From contig NC_069008.1 in NCBI RefSeq assembly GCF_001194135.2, positions 12,576,412 to 12,640,411 of the forward strand: 64,000 nt of DNA. The letters are read 5' to 3'. The notes under the pieces were generated by a model. It made no database searches. It was given only the letters and a program-made list of their open reading frames with translations, and was not told the origin of the DNA. A program made the translations under genes and the position numbers. Shown in pieces: positions 1 through 12,397 of the stretch. Numbering within the stretch: the first letter of the stretch is position 1; every line of letters begins with the position of its first letter. The DNA is from Octopus bimaculoides (lineage: Eukaryota).

Positions 1-619
1 CCGTACCACACCTCCGGACAAATGTCGGAATGTGAAAAGAGGACTTATTTACGAAGCTTTTAACGAAACATAACCAACTCGCCTTAAAATTATAAACTGA
101 ATGGATGGGACAAAATTAGTAACCGGGGTAAAACGAGTAAGTTCTGATTTCTCCTCATTGTCTCCCTATCTGCTTAAAATCATGAGATTGCAAGTATTGC
201 ATCATCACTTTGTACTGTGGTATCATCTTTAGAGGTAAAAATTGGTCAGCATAGTTGTTGCTGACGTTGAGAAAATTTGGGACATAGTCAGGTGGCAGGT
301 ATCGGTTTTTTTTTTTTTTGTCTTTTCTTTTTCGAAGAAATTTTTCTTCAACTATGACCTGGTTGTAATTGAGGTTACTAATAGAGTATCCAGATAATTT
401 TGGACTTTTAACAATGAATATTCTTTACTCTATTGGATTCCAAGTCAATTTTTTTCCACACTAAAATCTGATTTGATAATTTTCAGTTTTGGAGAAATGA
501 TATCTAAAATGGGGTAGAATGAGTAATGACTAATCTTATATATTATAAAAGGAAAGCTGATCTGTCTGTCTGTCCATCACAACATCTCTTCAAGGGACAA
601 GAAATCTGGCCCTTATGTA

Positions 620-745
620 ACTAATGATGAATCTCTGTTGTCCTTCAGAGGAAAATGTTCATTCAAAGTGTACTCCCATCAAAACTGAGTAAAAATGGGA
701 TAAAAGTTTGGTATATGGTTGATGCTAGTAACCCCCTTTCTGGTG
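620..745 (+). mobile_element. piggyBac-like transposase fragment (frameshifted)
   Basis: Reads DESLLSFRGKCSFKVY/PSKLSKNGIKVWYMVDAS across a frameshift, matching the piggyBac DE..FRGR..F..Y.P.KP.K.GIK.W motif. Confidence 0.7.
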
Positions 746-895
746 AACTATAAGTCAATTTTCTTCGTATTTGTACTGTTATGAAACGATATACTAAATA
801 ATTTTCTTTTATTTAATATTTAGTGTTATATGTATAGGTTATAAAACTAAAAAAATGTTGATTTCTTCCAATAAAGGATTTTTTCGGTCAGTAGA

Positions 896-1111
896 TTATA
901 TTTTAATTCCCCTCCATTAAACACAAATAATTACAAATGTATACCTATAAGGTGCTAAATTTCATGTTCTGTATCCTGCACTCATATATATATACAAGAT
1001 TCATCATATTATTTTATGGATAGCGCGGAAATCCACAAAAATAAAAGGGGACACTTGGGACCCCAATGGCCCTTTGTGTAATTCCAACCCCGCAGGCCCA
1101 CAAAGGGTTAA
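896..1111 (+). repeat. piggyBac-like right end, copy 1 (direct repeat of 5596-5820)
   Basis: About 215 bp ending AGGG-TTAA, the typical piggyBac terminus plus TTAA target; near-identical to 5596-5820. Confidence 0.6.
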
Positions 1112-1659
1112 CACAATGTGAAGGTGTTGCTCTAGTTTGCAAATATGTAAGCTTTATATTTTCTGTTATATAAATTTTAGTAAATTGAAATATTCAGTTG
1201 TTAAGTTAAATGTTTGTTTCTGCAATTAATATCTGTAAAAATGTTAGAAATTTCCCATTGTTGAATCTCTATTTTTTAAGTAGCCACTATATTTTAAACT
1301 GATGTTTCTTTATCATTTCAGAATACCAGATGACATTGGCATCACAGAAGATGCACCTTCAAAACATATCACCTTTTCAAGACTAAGGGAAGATGCTATA
1401 TGGATTAGATATTTAGCACTGCTTCTATAAATTTATCCCAGAATTCCAGTGATATTTCCTCTGAACTGAGATTGTTAAACAAACCTCTGTTCATCATAAT
1501 CTTGAGTGTGTACAAAATGAGTTTGTGTGCTAATTAACCTTGGATATATTTTCAAGTGTTGTTAGATATAGATAACACTGGACATAAATACAGTAGCTGA
1601 AAAAATTTGTAAGGAATGAATTATTAACGCTAAAATAATAAGTGTATATATATATATAT

Positions 1660-1822
1660 ATCATCATTTAATGTCTGCTTTCCATGTTGGCATGGGTTTG
1701 ACTGAGGACTGGCAAGAAGCTAGGAGTCTGCACCAGGATCCAATTTGATCTGTCAAGGTTTCTACAGCTGGATGCCCTTCCTAATTCTAACCACTCCAAG
1801 AATGTAGTGGGTGCTTTTTCCA
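1660..1822 (-). mobile_element. RTE LINE 3' tail fragment
   Basis: (CAT)n tail and the ggatgcccttcctaa motif (reverse of the RTE 3'UTR motif TTAGGAAGGGCATCC). Confidence 0.65.
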
Positions 1823-1842
1823 CACTATCCACAATATATATT

Positions 1843-1882
<40 letters not shown>

Positions 1883-1960
1883 TATGCATGCTCTGATTTG
1901 AGGAAGAAGATATTGCAAAAATAAAGTCACAAAATTGAGGAATTGATTTCCACAGAAGAC

Positions 1961-3406
1961 ATGCCTAAAGATATTGGAAAACCATCGTATAAATGTGATA
2001 TCTGTAAAAAGCCTTTCTCTGAGAATAGTAACCTAACAAAACATAGACGTATTCATACAGGAGAGAAGCCATATCATTGTGATATTTGTGGTAAATCATT
2101 CTCTCAGAATGGTAACCTAACTAAACACAAACGTATTCATACAGGTGAGAAACCATATCGGTGTGATATTTGTGGCAAATCATTCTCTGGAAGTAGTGAG
2201 TTAACTATACACAAACGTATTCATACAGGAGAGAAGCCATACCACTGTGACATCTGTGGTAAATCATTTTCTGTGAGTAGTGTCTTGATTTCCCACCAAC
2301 ATATTCATACACGAAAGAAACCATATCATTGTGATGACTGTGGTAAATCATTCTCTCGATTTCATTACTTAACATCACACAAGCATATTCATACAGGAGA
2401 GAAGCCATATCATTGTGATATCTGTGGTAAGTCTTTCTCTCAACGTAGTGACTTAACTAAACATAAACGTATTCATACAGGAGATAAGCCATATCACTGT
2501 AATATCTGTGGTAAATCATTTGCTCAATGTAGTGGCTTAACAAAACACAAACTTATTCATACAGGAGAAAAGCCATATCATTGTGATGTCTGTGGTAAAT
2601 CTTTCACCCGAAATACTTCCTTAACTTCTCACAAACGAATTCATACAGGAGAGAAACCATATCACTGTGATTTCTGTGGTAAATCATTTTCTCGATTTAA
2701 TTACTTAGCTTCTCATAAGCTTATTCACACTGGAGAGAAACCATACCAGTGTGATATCTGTGGTAAATCATTCCCTGTAAGTTGTAACTTAACAACCCAC
2801 AAACGTATTCATACAGGAGAGAAGCCATATCAATGTAATATCTGTGGTAAGTCCTTCCCAGTGAGTTCTAACTTAACAACACACAAACGTATTCACTCAG
2901 GAGAGAAGCCATATCACTGTGATATCTGTGGTAAATCATTCTCTGTAAGTAGCAGCTTAACGATACATAAACGTATTCATACAGGAGAGAAGCCATACCA
3001 ATGTGATATTTGTGGTAAATCATTTTCTGAAAATATTCACTTAACAATACACAAACGTATTCATGTAAGAGAAGAGTCATACCAGTGTGATATCTGTGGA
3101 AAATCATTTTCTCAAAGTAGTCATGTAACTAAGCACAAACGAATTCATACAGGGGAGAAGCCATATCACTGTAATATCTGTGGTAAATCATTCTCTGGAA
3201 GTGGTGACTTAACTACACACAAACGTATTCATACAGGAGAAAAGCCATACCAATGTGATATCTGTGGTAAATCATTCCCTCAAAGAGGTACCTTAACAAT
3301 ACATAAACGTATTCATACAGGAGAGAAGCCATACAAATGTGACATTTGCAGGAAGACATTCTCCCAAAGTAGTAATTTAAGAATACACAAACGTGTTCAT
3401 ACATGA
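1961..3406 (+). CDS. ZNF-1: C2H2 zinc-finger protein, 17 fingers, no effector domain
   Basis: 17 CxxC-x12-HxxxH repeats with TGEKP-type linkers. First ATG at 1961 (track starts at TTG 1943); in-frame TAA at 1922; candidate acceptor TTTCAG ending 1321. Confidence 0.92.
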   Translation: MPKDIGKPSYKCDICKKPFSENSNLTKHRRIHTGEKPYHCDICGKSFSQNGNLTKHKRIHTGEKPYRCDICGKSFSGSSELTIHKRIHTGEKPYHCDICGKSFSVSSVLISHQHIHTRKKPYHCDDCGKSFSRFHYLTSHKHIHTGEKPYHCDICGKSFSQRSDLTKHKRIHTGDKPYHCNICGKSFAQCSGLTKHKLIHTGEKPYHCDVCGKSFTRNTSLTSHKRIHTGEKPYHCDFCGKSFSRFNYLASHKLIHTGEKPYQCDICGKSFPVSCNLTTHKRIHTGEKPYQCNICGKSFPVSSNLTTHKRIHSGEKPYHCDICGKSFSVSSSLTIHKRIHTGEKPYQCDICGKSFSENIHLTIHKRIHVREESYQCDICGKSFSQSSHVTKHKRIHTGEKPYHCNICGKSFSGSGDLTTHKRIHTGEKPYQCDICGKSFPQRGTLTIHKRIHTGEKPYKCDICRKTFSQSSNLRIHKRVHT

Positions 3407-3924
3407 TAGAAGCCACATCACTGGGATATTTGTGGTAATTCATTCTCTCAAAATCATGACTTAACTGTATCAATGCAAGAATCCTTGAAAATTTTAAGCT
3501 CTACCTTAAACAAGGTGTGTTTAGCTTTGTGGACTTCATTCACAGCTCTCTTTTTGGGGTAGTCTTTCACAACCGGTTGAACTTTTTCTGATTCCACCTT
3601 TAATTTCCTCTTACAGATTGAAGGGATATGATTTACTGTCAAATTTCTTTGTATGAAAATCATGAATATACCCCTTCATCTGTAACTGTAAATGTATTCA
3701 CATTGGAAAGGAGACACAAACAGTGTGTCACAATAGCTTCTCTGCACTGTATTGTATATGAACAGATCTAAACACTTGAGATGAATTAATCTGTGAGATA
3801 TTTTTGATAAAAGCAATTTCCTCCAGTCTTGTTTGGGAAGAACCATAAATAATAAAGCCTATAAACACACCAGTTTTAGTCTTTTACTTGTTTCAGTCAT
3901 TTGACTGCGACCATACTGGAGCAC

Positions 3925-4480
3925 TCAACTGCTAGGGTGTGACACTTTTTCACACAGCTGTCCTCATTTATTTGCAACACATGTCCATACCAGCACAGTC
4001 ATCGCTCTTGCACATCACAACTGATGCTTCTTAGATCCAACTTTTCTCTCGGGGCACTTACACTCTGTCGTGTATGCACACTGACATTACACATCCATCG
4101 GAGCATACTAGCTTCATTCCTTGCAAGCTTACGTATGTTCTCAGCAGTCACGGCCCATGTTTCACTGCCATGTAGCACAGCTGTTTGTACACATGCATCA
4201 TACAGTCTGCCTTTTACTGAGCAAAAGGCTGTTTGTCACCAGCAGAGGTAGGAGCTCTCTGAACTTTGCCAAGGCTATTCTTATTCTAGCAGCTACACTC
4301 TCAAAGCAACCACCATCAGTACTGACTTGGTCACCTAGCTATCAACTACTTGTAGATTTTCTCCCCGGCTTGTGATGGAAGCTGTTTTCTGCACATTTTC
4401 TGTGTTTATTGCCCCTGGGCATTTGCCACACACAAAAACTATCTTCCCAGATAGCCTTCCTTTGGTATTGCTGCACCTCT
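3925..4480 (-). mobile_element. RTE LINE ORF2 fragment
   Basis: Minus strand gives LGDQVSTDGGCFESVAARIRIALAKFRELLPL, the same segment as the RTE copy at 58135-59485; a tRNA-SINE tail abuts at 3880-3925. Confidence 0.75.
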
Positions 4481-4859
4481 TATATATAAAATTTAGGAAA
4501 TAAACGGATTCATTCTGCCAGCTTCAGTTGCACAAGGTTTATCATTTCTACCTCAGCTGGAACTAAACCCCCAAATTACTTTACTTGCCCACCACATGTA
4601 CAGTTTTACCTCTACATCTCAGGCAAGGATGAGGGAGGGGCACATGACCAGGTGAATAATAATTTCACTTCATAATCCTGACATGTTAATGTTTAGTTCA
4701 ATCCAACTCCATCACACCTTAAGCAAGAATCTTTTAGCCTACTTTTGATTTGATTTTTTTTTTTGTTTTATCTTCTACCCTGTTGGGTCTGAAAGAATGG
4801 ACAGTGCCCATGCCCTTTACAGACCATCTAGATGAGTAAGGTTAATGACTAATGTCATT

Positions 4860-5230
4860 GATGTTCCTTGTGAACGTTAATAAACCAACATCTGAGGAAA
4901 GATATGAGCAGGTGGGGATTTCCTGAGGCGAGCCATTTTAGGGAAGAAAGACTGAGTATGGTGATATATGTGAGGCCTTGTAGGTGAGAGTGGGGTGGTG
5001 GTGAATGTAAGAGGAATGATGTGAAGAGAAGAGGCAAGTAGGATTGGAACGTTTGAGAGGAAGTGAGGTGAGCTCAGCTAGCTGCAAGGAGTAGAAGCCT
5101 ATTGTAGCTGTAGAAATGACAGAGAGAGAGAGGACACAATGTCTGGGCATCAGGGGACGGAGCACATCTGTGAGTGATTTAATAGTTAATCTCTCAGGTA
5201 TCCAAAACATTGGGAGTAAAACTGGTTAAA
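4860..5230 (-). mobile_element. LINE 3' end relic (CR1/Jockey-group-like)
   Basis: Degenerate ...QSFFPKMARLRKSPPAHIFP resembles the SFFPRT..LWNSLP..VFP C-terminus of such LINEs. Confidence 0.45.
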
Positions 5231-5595
5231 TAAAAACTGTGTGGAACCCTGCCAAATGAAGTAGAACTAATTTAAAGAGCCAACCTAGTCTCACACTAAA
5301 TATGTAACCAATAAGGGGGAATGAAGAAACCTGCGACCCACAGCTCCCTGTCAATAGAATTATTCATCTGATATTTAGTTTTTGTTGTGATTTTCCACAA
5401 TTTATTCAGCAAAAAGTGTATTTTTCTTAATAGTTGAGAAACATTCAGTTGAAACTCTGGCTATGTCCATCATGTGTCACATTGACTCTGTCCTAGAATT
5501 TCATTAAGGCCACATATATTTATGGACTACTCAACCAAATTACACTAATTAGATACTGGACCTGTAATTGAAAGGCCTAGTCATGTCATACTGGG

Positions 5596-5820
5596 ATTAT
5601 ATTTTAATTCCCCCCCCCCTCCATTAAACACAAATAATTACAAGTGTATACCTATAAGGTGCTAAATTTCATGTTCTGTATCATGCACTCACATATATAT
5701 ACACAAGATTAATCACATTATTTTATGGATAGTGCGGAAATCCACAAATATAAAAGGGGACCCTTGGGACCCCAATGGCCTTTTGTGTAATTCCAACCCC
5801 GCAGGCCCACAAAGGGTTAA
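5596..5820 (+). repeat. piggyBac-like right end, copy 2
   Basis: Near-identical to 896-1111 and ends AGGGTTAA. Confidence 0.6.
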
Positions 5821-6239
5821 CTCATTCTACCAATATTCTTTTATATTATGAGTGGCTATGGCCTCTACCATACTGTGTGTTCTTATCTCTTTGGTCTCAA
5901 GATTATCCTTCCAACAGATCTCATTATACAGAGTTTTGGCTACTCCATCACATCTCAGCAGTAGATAATAATGCATGTATATATATATATATGTATGTAT
6001 GTATATGTGTATGCCTGTATGGAAACACATGTTTTTTCTTGCCTTGACAACACATGGTAGTTTAAAACTAGTGATAATGGTGGAAACCAGAGAGGTGGTT
6101 GTGGGTGTAGAGCTGACAATTATAGGGATGGTGGTGGTGGTGGGTGTGGGTAGTAAATACCAGAGAATTTACCACATGGTACATAGTTACATTGTGTGTT
6201 CCAGTCCCGAAGATGAAGAAGTGATTTTTATGTTACATC

Positions 6240-6770
6240 TCACTTGGGCTACATTGAAATTACACTACCAGTGATTACTCTTGAGAATTTCCTTCCTTCC
6301 TATAGTCCTTCCTCCACCATCACCTTTGATTACTATCACAACCCAGCCAATACTATCACGTCCTCTCACTACCACCATCACTATCACAACCATCACCACA
6401 AACACCAACACTACCCCCAACCCCAGCACCATCACTTTTGCAACCAACACCACTAGCATCACATCAACCACTACCACCACCACAACAATCATAACAGTTG
6501 CCACCACCACAACCACCATTGCAGCCACTACCACAACACCATTGCAGCTACTACCACAACACTATTGCACCGCCACCATCAACACCACCACAACCACCAT
6601 TGCAGCCACTACCACAACACCATTGCACCGCCACCATCAACACCACCACAACCATCATCGCAACCACAATCACCATCACCATCACATCTCCCATCACCAC
6701 CACTACTGTCAGATCTACTACAACCACCCTCACTGCCACCACCATAACCATCATAGCAACCATTGAGTAC
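6240..6770. repeat. Degenerate (CAC/CAA/CAT)n low-complexity tract
   Basis: Trinucleotide-rich with an internal duplicated unit (caccacaaccaccattgcagccactaccacaacaccattgca twice). Confidence 0.85.
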
Positions 6771-6948
6771 AGCCAGCCCCAACAAGGCTGGTGGTGTCAT
6801 TTACGGAGACTAGTTTATAATAGTCAGAGAGTAAGCATGGTATTTTACAGGGGACTATTATTGTTTTGTGTTCGTTTTTGTGATACTGACAGGTTTCGTG
6901 ATTTTATTTGCTAGAGAGCGGAGGATGCTTGCTCACATGACATGTCGA

Positions 6949-7069
6949 ACTTCCGTTTCCTCTGCCGCCATCTTTGGCCTGAAAACGAAGAAGAAGCATG
7001 TCTTGCAACATTGGAAGAACTGGAGTAATTTAATCATTTTTTCACATTTAAATACCATAACAGGTAAGA
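6949..7069 (+). promoter_or_regulatory. Candidate promoter / non-coding 5' exon of ZNF-2
   Basis: ETS-type ACTTCCG (6949-6955), YY1-type GCCGCCATCTTT (6964-6975), donor ATAACAG|GTAAGA with intron starting at 7064; matching acceptor at 10653. Confidence 0.55.
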
Positions 7070-7199
7070 TATACACGTATATATATAGACATTGAAATTG
7101 TCGAATATGCATATAGACAACGACCTCTGATACAAGACTGAAAGAGCCACATAAACGACAAGCTGAACACCCTTAAATGTCCACAAATATTCTGAAGTA

Positions 7200-7290
7200 A
7201 GGGTCAGGTTTAGGGTTACGGTTAGGGAATTCCGTCCCTAACCCTAACACCCTTGTGAAGATCGTGCGGGTGTTAATCTGAAAAATTACC
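7200..7290. mobile_element. Half copy of TTAGGG-containing MITE
   Basis: 7262-7290 is the exact reverse complement of the left TIR at 24324-24352, preceded by TTAGGG/CCCTAA units. Confidence 0.7.
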
Positions 7291-7437
7291 TTTTATTGTT
7301 TATAATATACTATAAAATAGTAATTAAATCAGTTTAATTAGTCTTACTAATCACAAGCTCTCTTGTCTCATTTATACCAACAATTGGTATTAACTAATTT
7401 GAATGTTGAATTCAAATATGAATTTAGTTTTTCTCTA

Positions 7438-7626
7438 CGTAAACACACCAGCATCGGTTGTCAAGCGATGTTGGTGGGGACAAACACAGACACACAAACA
7501 TACACACACACACACACATACATATATATACATATATACGACGGACTTCTTTCAGTTTCCGTCTACCAAATCTACTCACAAGGCTTTGGTCGGCCCGAAG
7601 CTATAGTGGAAGACACTTGCCCAAGG
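7438..7626 (-). mobile_element. tRNA-derived SINE family A, partial
   Basis: Matches the internal part of the full copy at 10171-10534. Confidence 0.8.
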
Positions 7627-8229
7627 TGTAGCGCAAATAAATGTATAATGTGTGTTTTAAAAGATAGTAATTAGATAATTTTTGTGTATAGTCTTCCGTG
7701 CCATCAGGAACCTGGATATAATGTTGCAGCCTCCAAAATAAACTTCTGTAGTTGCTGGGTTGGTGGTGAGACAGCCCGTAAATAAGGGAACCAAGCGACA
7801 TACTGCTTCAGGTAATCAGGCCTCATTCCAGGTCAAATAATGCTCTTCTTGAGTGTGAACAGATGGGTTGACAGGGTCATCAAAGTGCTATGGTTTACTT
7901 GATAGTGCATATAGCCCAGGTTGTTGAGGTTATTGTAGGGTCGACTGTTGGCGTGTGAACCTGCTTTGTTCGATATGTATGATTATTTGGACTTATATTT
8001 CCCTGTGTATTGTGTTGATGAAGGAAGAAAGCTTATTTTTGGCTTTATTCCAGAAATTGGAACCAATTTACAATTTCTGTGAGGTCTTTTTAATATTCTT
8101 TCACTAACCTGCTTTCAGCCATGTGTATATTTATCTGGCATTTTTGGTAGTTCTTTGAAAGTATCAGCACTTCAAGCATGCTGGAGACAGGTCGTTTTCA
8201 TCCTTGCTCCCTTAATATAATTATATACA

Positions 8230-8510
8230 TATCATCATCATCGTTTAACGTCCGCTTTCTATGCTGGCATGGGTTGGACGATTTGACTGAGGACTTGCGA
8301 ACCAAATGGCTACACCAAGCTCCAATCTGATCTGGCAGTTTCTACAGCTGGATGCCCTTCCTAACGCCAACCACTCCGAGAGTGTGGTAGGTGCTTTTAC
8401 ATGCCACTGGCATGAGGGCCAGTCAGGAGGTACTGGCAACGGCAACGCTCAAAATGGTGTATTTTATGTGCCAACTGCACAGGAGCCAGTCCAGCGGTAC
8501 TAAATTGCCT
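8230..8510 (-). mobile_element. RTE 3'UTR / RTE-tailed short element
   Basis: catcatcatcgtttaacgtccgcttt... tail, repeated about 10 times in the window; a degenerate form of this tail is contiguous with RTE ORF2 at 53645-54990. Confidence 0.75.
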
Positions 8511-8779
8511 CTAACGTGATTTTTATCCTTATAATCTATTACGAATTAATAAATAAAATATATGTGATGACATCAACTTAGTTCCTGACAATGAACTCTG
8601 AGAAAACTAACAAAACAGAGTTACTTATGAGAATCTAGCCATCACAGCAGACAGACTGCTGCCATTGTTAATGCAACTTTGAGAGATGTGGGAATTTTAA
8701 ATAATACAAATACGTTAGATAAGAAAAAAAAGTTGAAAGAGAAAGAAAATGAGTGGGAAAGACAATATTATAAAAATGA

Positions 8780-9990
8780 AAACAGAAAATACAAAGCTCA
8801 ACTGCATCAGTTTTGATGGCAGATGAAACTAAAACAGCAAGAGCACAATGTTATTGTGAAAGAGCCCGGTGAGGAGTATTTAGATCACATTTCCCCAGAT
8901 AATGGAACAGCTCGTTGCGTTGCTGAAGAAATTATTACTTTTTTTAATTGATTCTGACAGTCAAGAAAGTTTAAAGGCTGTGTTATGTGATGGCACTTGT
9001 CATTTAGGAGGGGTAATTAAAATAATTGAATTATACTTAAATAATTCAGTGGCTGATATGCCTGCTACTTACAAATGAGCTTCCATTTTGACACATTTGA
9101 ATCCATAGATGGAAAAACAACAGGACCACGAACAACAAAAGTCTTAATTGGCAATAAAATTAAAGATATTACAAACTTAAAGATAATTAAAATTTTCTCC
9201 AGTAAAAACTAAAGTGAAGGAATTGCCATCAGAAGTTGTTGATACTTTAAGCTCAGATGAAAAACATCTGTATGAAATGTACCTCGGTATTGAGACGGGG
9301 TTTGTTTCTGAGCAGTTAGCAGCAAGATCACCTGGTAAAATCCATCATGCAAGGTGGTTAACACATGCAAACAGCATTCTTCACTTATATATTTTGGAAA
9401 AAATCCCTTAAAGATTATCATCGATCTTGTTAAAATCATAACGCAAGTTTATGCTCCAAGCTGGTTCTGGATTAAATTTCACCCAAAGTTACATGAAGGA
9501 GCAAGTAATCTTTGGTATGTGGCACATCTAATGCAAGATATGAACCAAGATCATAAGGAAATTATGGAGAAATTGTTAAAAACTAATTCGTATTTTGCCC
9601 ATGGAAGAAGACAAATTAGGGAAGTAGCAATTCAGTGAATTATTAAATCAAGAACTTTTCCCTGAATGCCCCATGAAGAATTAAGAAATTTCAAACTGCC
9701 AAACAAAATTAATTTTGAAGCACAGGATTATATTGATTTAACTGGGGAAAATGAAGTTATATCATCCCCTCCAGTTTTACGGAACTTTTACAAATGTTGA
9801 TATTCTTAAATCTTGTTCAGGACCATTAATAGCAATACCTCTTCCCTGTCATAGCCAAGGAGTCAAGCATGCTATCCATTTAGGGACAAAAGCTTCTGAA
9901 GTCAGAATAGGCTACAAAAATAGGCACAAATTCGTATTAAATGTTCAGAAGTCAAGATAAAGTTTACCTCACTTTGACTGGAAAAGACAA
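8780..9990 (+). mobile_element. hAT-superfamily (hATm-like) transposase relic
   Basis: Broken frames contain EEHNVIVKEPGEEYLDHISPDNG, PGKIHHARWLTHANSILHLY and LPCHSQGVKHAI; the subgroup assignment is from motif recall. Confidence 0.55.
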
Positions 9991-10170
9991 TAGTCATTTA
10001 ATTAAATACTAAATATTGTTAATGCTTATTTTATGGTGTTCACTGTTCATGTATTTCGTCTGAGGTTCATGCATAGTTTTTTTATTGCATATCATAATAG
10101 TCATTAAGAATTTACATTTTTTTAATGTTGAAAGTGCATTTCTTAATATAGGCATTTTTATAAACAAAAT

Positions 10171-10534
10171 GAAGTGGCTGTGTGGTAAGTAAGTAGCTTG
10201 CTTACCAACCACATGGTTCCGGGTTCAGTCCCACTGCGTGGCACCTTGGGCAAGTGTCTTCTACTATAGCCTCGGGCTGACCAAAGCCTTGTGAGTGGAT
10301 TTGGTAGACGGAAACTGAAAAGAAGCTTGTCTTATATGTGTGTTTGTCCCCCCACCATCGCTTCACAACCGATGCTGGTGTGTTTACGTCCCTGTAACTT
10401 AGCGGTTCGGCAAAAAGAGACCGATAGGATAAGTACTAGGCTTACAAAGAATAAGTCCTGGGGTCGATTTTCTTGACTAAAGACGGTGCTCCAGCATGGC
10501 CGCAGTCAAATGACTGAAACAAGTAAAAGAGTAA
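10171..10534 (+). mobile_element. tRNA-derived SINE family A, full length
   Basis: A-box-like TGGCTGTGTGGTAAG, B-box-like GGTTCAGTCCC, then CCTTGGGCAAG core and an (AAGAGTA)-type tail. Confidence 0.85.
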
Positions 10535-10858
10535 ACTATATAAATAAATAAAGATTCCAATAACTGTCTTTTTCAGATGTGGGGAGGGTGTTTGCATATG
10601 ATTTATTTTAAGTAACCCTTGTATCTTATACTCTTGTTTTTCTACTATTTCAGAATAACAATTGGCATCGAAAAATTTTTCTTACATCTTAAACTCTCAA
10701 GGAAAATGTTATACAAATCTATACCAAATGACAAGCAAACATTTTTTGTATACTGAGATTAATAGCCATAATTCTTTTGTTGACTGTCTGGAATGTAAAC
10801 AACATGACTTTGCATATGAATTACACTTGGACTTTTAAGTATTAATTTGCATAGTGAC

Positions 10859-12397
10859 ATGAATAAAGAGGAAAGGAAAACATCACACCACTGTGATATT
10901 TGTGGGAAATTATTCTCTGAAAGTCATAAATTAACAACACACAAATACACTCATACAGGAGAGAAGCCATATAACTGTGATGTTTGTGGTAAATCATTCC
11001 TTCATAAGTCTAGCCTCAGCAGACACAAACGTATTGTTCATAGAGGAGAGAAACCATATCACTGTGATATCTGTGGTAAATCATTCAATCAAAATGGTGA
11101 CTTAAATAAACACAAATATATTCATACAGCCCAGAAACCATTTTACTGTAATATCTGTGGTAAATCATTCTTTGAAAGTTGTAACTTAACTACACACAAG
11201 CGTATTCATACAGGAGAAAAACCATATCATTGTAATATCTGTGGTAAATCATTCCTTCAAAATCAGCATCTAACTAATCACATACGAAGTCATACAGGAG
11301 AGAAGCCATATCACTGTGATATCTGTGGTAAATCATTCTCTCAAAATCAACATCTAACTGAACACAAACGTATTATTCATACTGGAGAGAAGCCATATCA
11401 CTGTGATGTTTGTGGGAAATCCTTCTCTTTCAATCGTCACTTAACTAAACACAATCGTATTCATACAGGAGTCAAGCCATTTTATTGTAACATCTGTGAT
11501 AAATCATTCTCTGAAAATAGTGAACTTACTTCACACAAACATATTTGCACAGAAGAGAAGCCATATCACTGTGATATCTGTGGTAAATCATTCTCTATTG
11601 ATTATGTCTTAAATAAACATAAACGTATACATACAGGAGAGAAGCCATATCATTGTGATATCTGTGGTAAATCATACTTTGATAATTATCACCTAACTGA
11701 ACACAAACGCATTCATACAGGAGAGAAACCATATCATTGTGGTGATTGTGGTAAATCATTTACTGGACGTGGTAGCTTTACGAGACACACACGTATTCAT
11801 ACAGGAGAGAAACCTTATTGCTGTGATATTTGTGGTAAATCATTCACTGTAAGCAGCAGCTTAATTAAACATAGACGTACACATACGGGAGAAAAGCCAT
11901 ATCATTGTGATATCTGTGGTAAATCATACTCTGATAATCTTAATCTAACTGAACACAGACGGATTCATACAGGAGAGAAACCATATCACTGTGATGTTTG
12001 TGGTAAATCATTTACTGGAAGTAGTCACTTAAGAATACACCTGCGTATTCACACAGGAGAGAAACCTTATTGCTGTGATATTTGTGGTAAATCATTCTCT
12101 GTAAGGAGTGGCATCACTTATCACAAACGTATTCACACAGGAGAGAAACCATATCGCTGTGATATCTGTGGCAACTCATTCTCTCAAAATCAGCATCTGG
12201 TTGACCACAAGCGTATACATACAGGAGAAAGACCATATTGCTGTAATATCTGTGGCAAAACATTTCTTCGACGTGGTGAAATAACTATTCACAAACGCAT
12301 GCACACAGGAGAGAAACCATATCATTGTGACATCTGTGGCAAATCTTTCTATGTAAAGAGCACCTTGACTAAACACAAACGTATTCACACAGGATAG
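10859..12397 (+). CDS. ZNF-2: C2H2 zinc-finger protein, 18 fingers (one C2HC, two HX4H)
   Basis: Continuous finger ORF; ATG at 10859; in-frame TGA at 10817; acceptor TTTCAG ending 10653. Confidence 0.93.
   Translation: MNKEERKTSHHCDICGKLFSESHKLTTHKYTHTGEKPYNCDVCGKSFLHKSSLSRHKRIVHRGEKPYHCDICGKSFNQNGDLNKHKYIHTAQKPFYCNICGKSFFESCNLTTHKRIHTGEKPYHCNICGKSFLQNQHLTNHIRSHTGEKPYHCDICGKSFSQNQHLTEHKRIIHTGEKPYHCDVCGKSFSFNRHLTKHNRIHTGVKPFYCNICDKSFSENSELTSHKHICTEEKPYHCDICGKSFSIDYVLNKHKRIHTGEKPYHCDICGKSYFDNYHLTEHKRIHTGEKPYHCGDCGKSFTGRGSFTRHTRIHTGEKPYCCDICGKSFTVSSSLIKHRRTHTGEKPYHCDICGKSYSDNLNLTEHRRIHTGEKPYHCDVCGKSFTGSSHLRIHLRIHTGEKPYCCDICGKSFSVRSGITYHKRIHTGEKPYRCDICGNSFSQNQHLVDHKRIHTGERPYCCNICGKTFLRRGEITIHKRMHTGEKPYHCDICGKSFYVKSTLTKHKRIHTG

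Noticed and set aside
1961-3406. Regular 84-bp periodicity resembling a CRISPR or repeat-spacer array
   Set aside because: The repeats are in-frame C2H2 codons in a eukaryotic context; the variable parts are recognition helices and there are no cas genes.
6244-6914. Thr/His/Pro-rich or Val-rich mucin-like ORFs
   Set aside because: All six frames are open because of (CAC)n low complexity; no domain or splice support.
7700-8200. Possible Penelope-like RT remnant
   Set aside because: Only a weak PGLYAL-like motif on the minus strand; too degraded to support.
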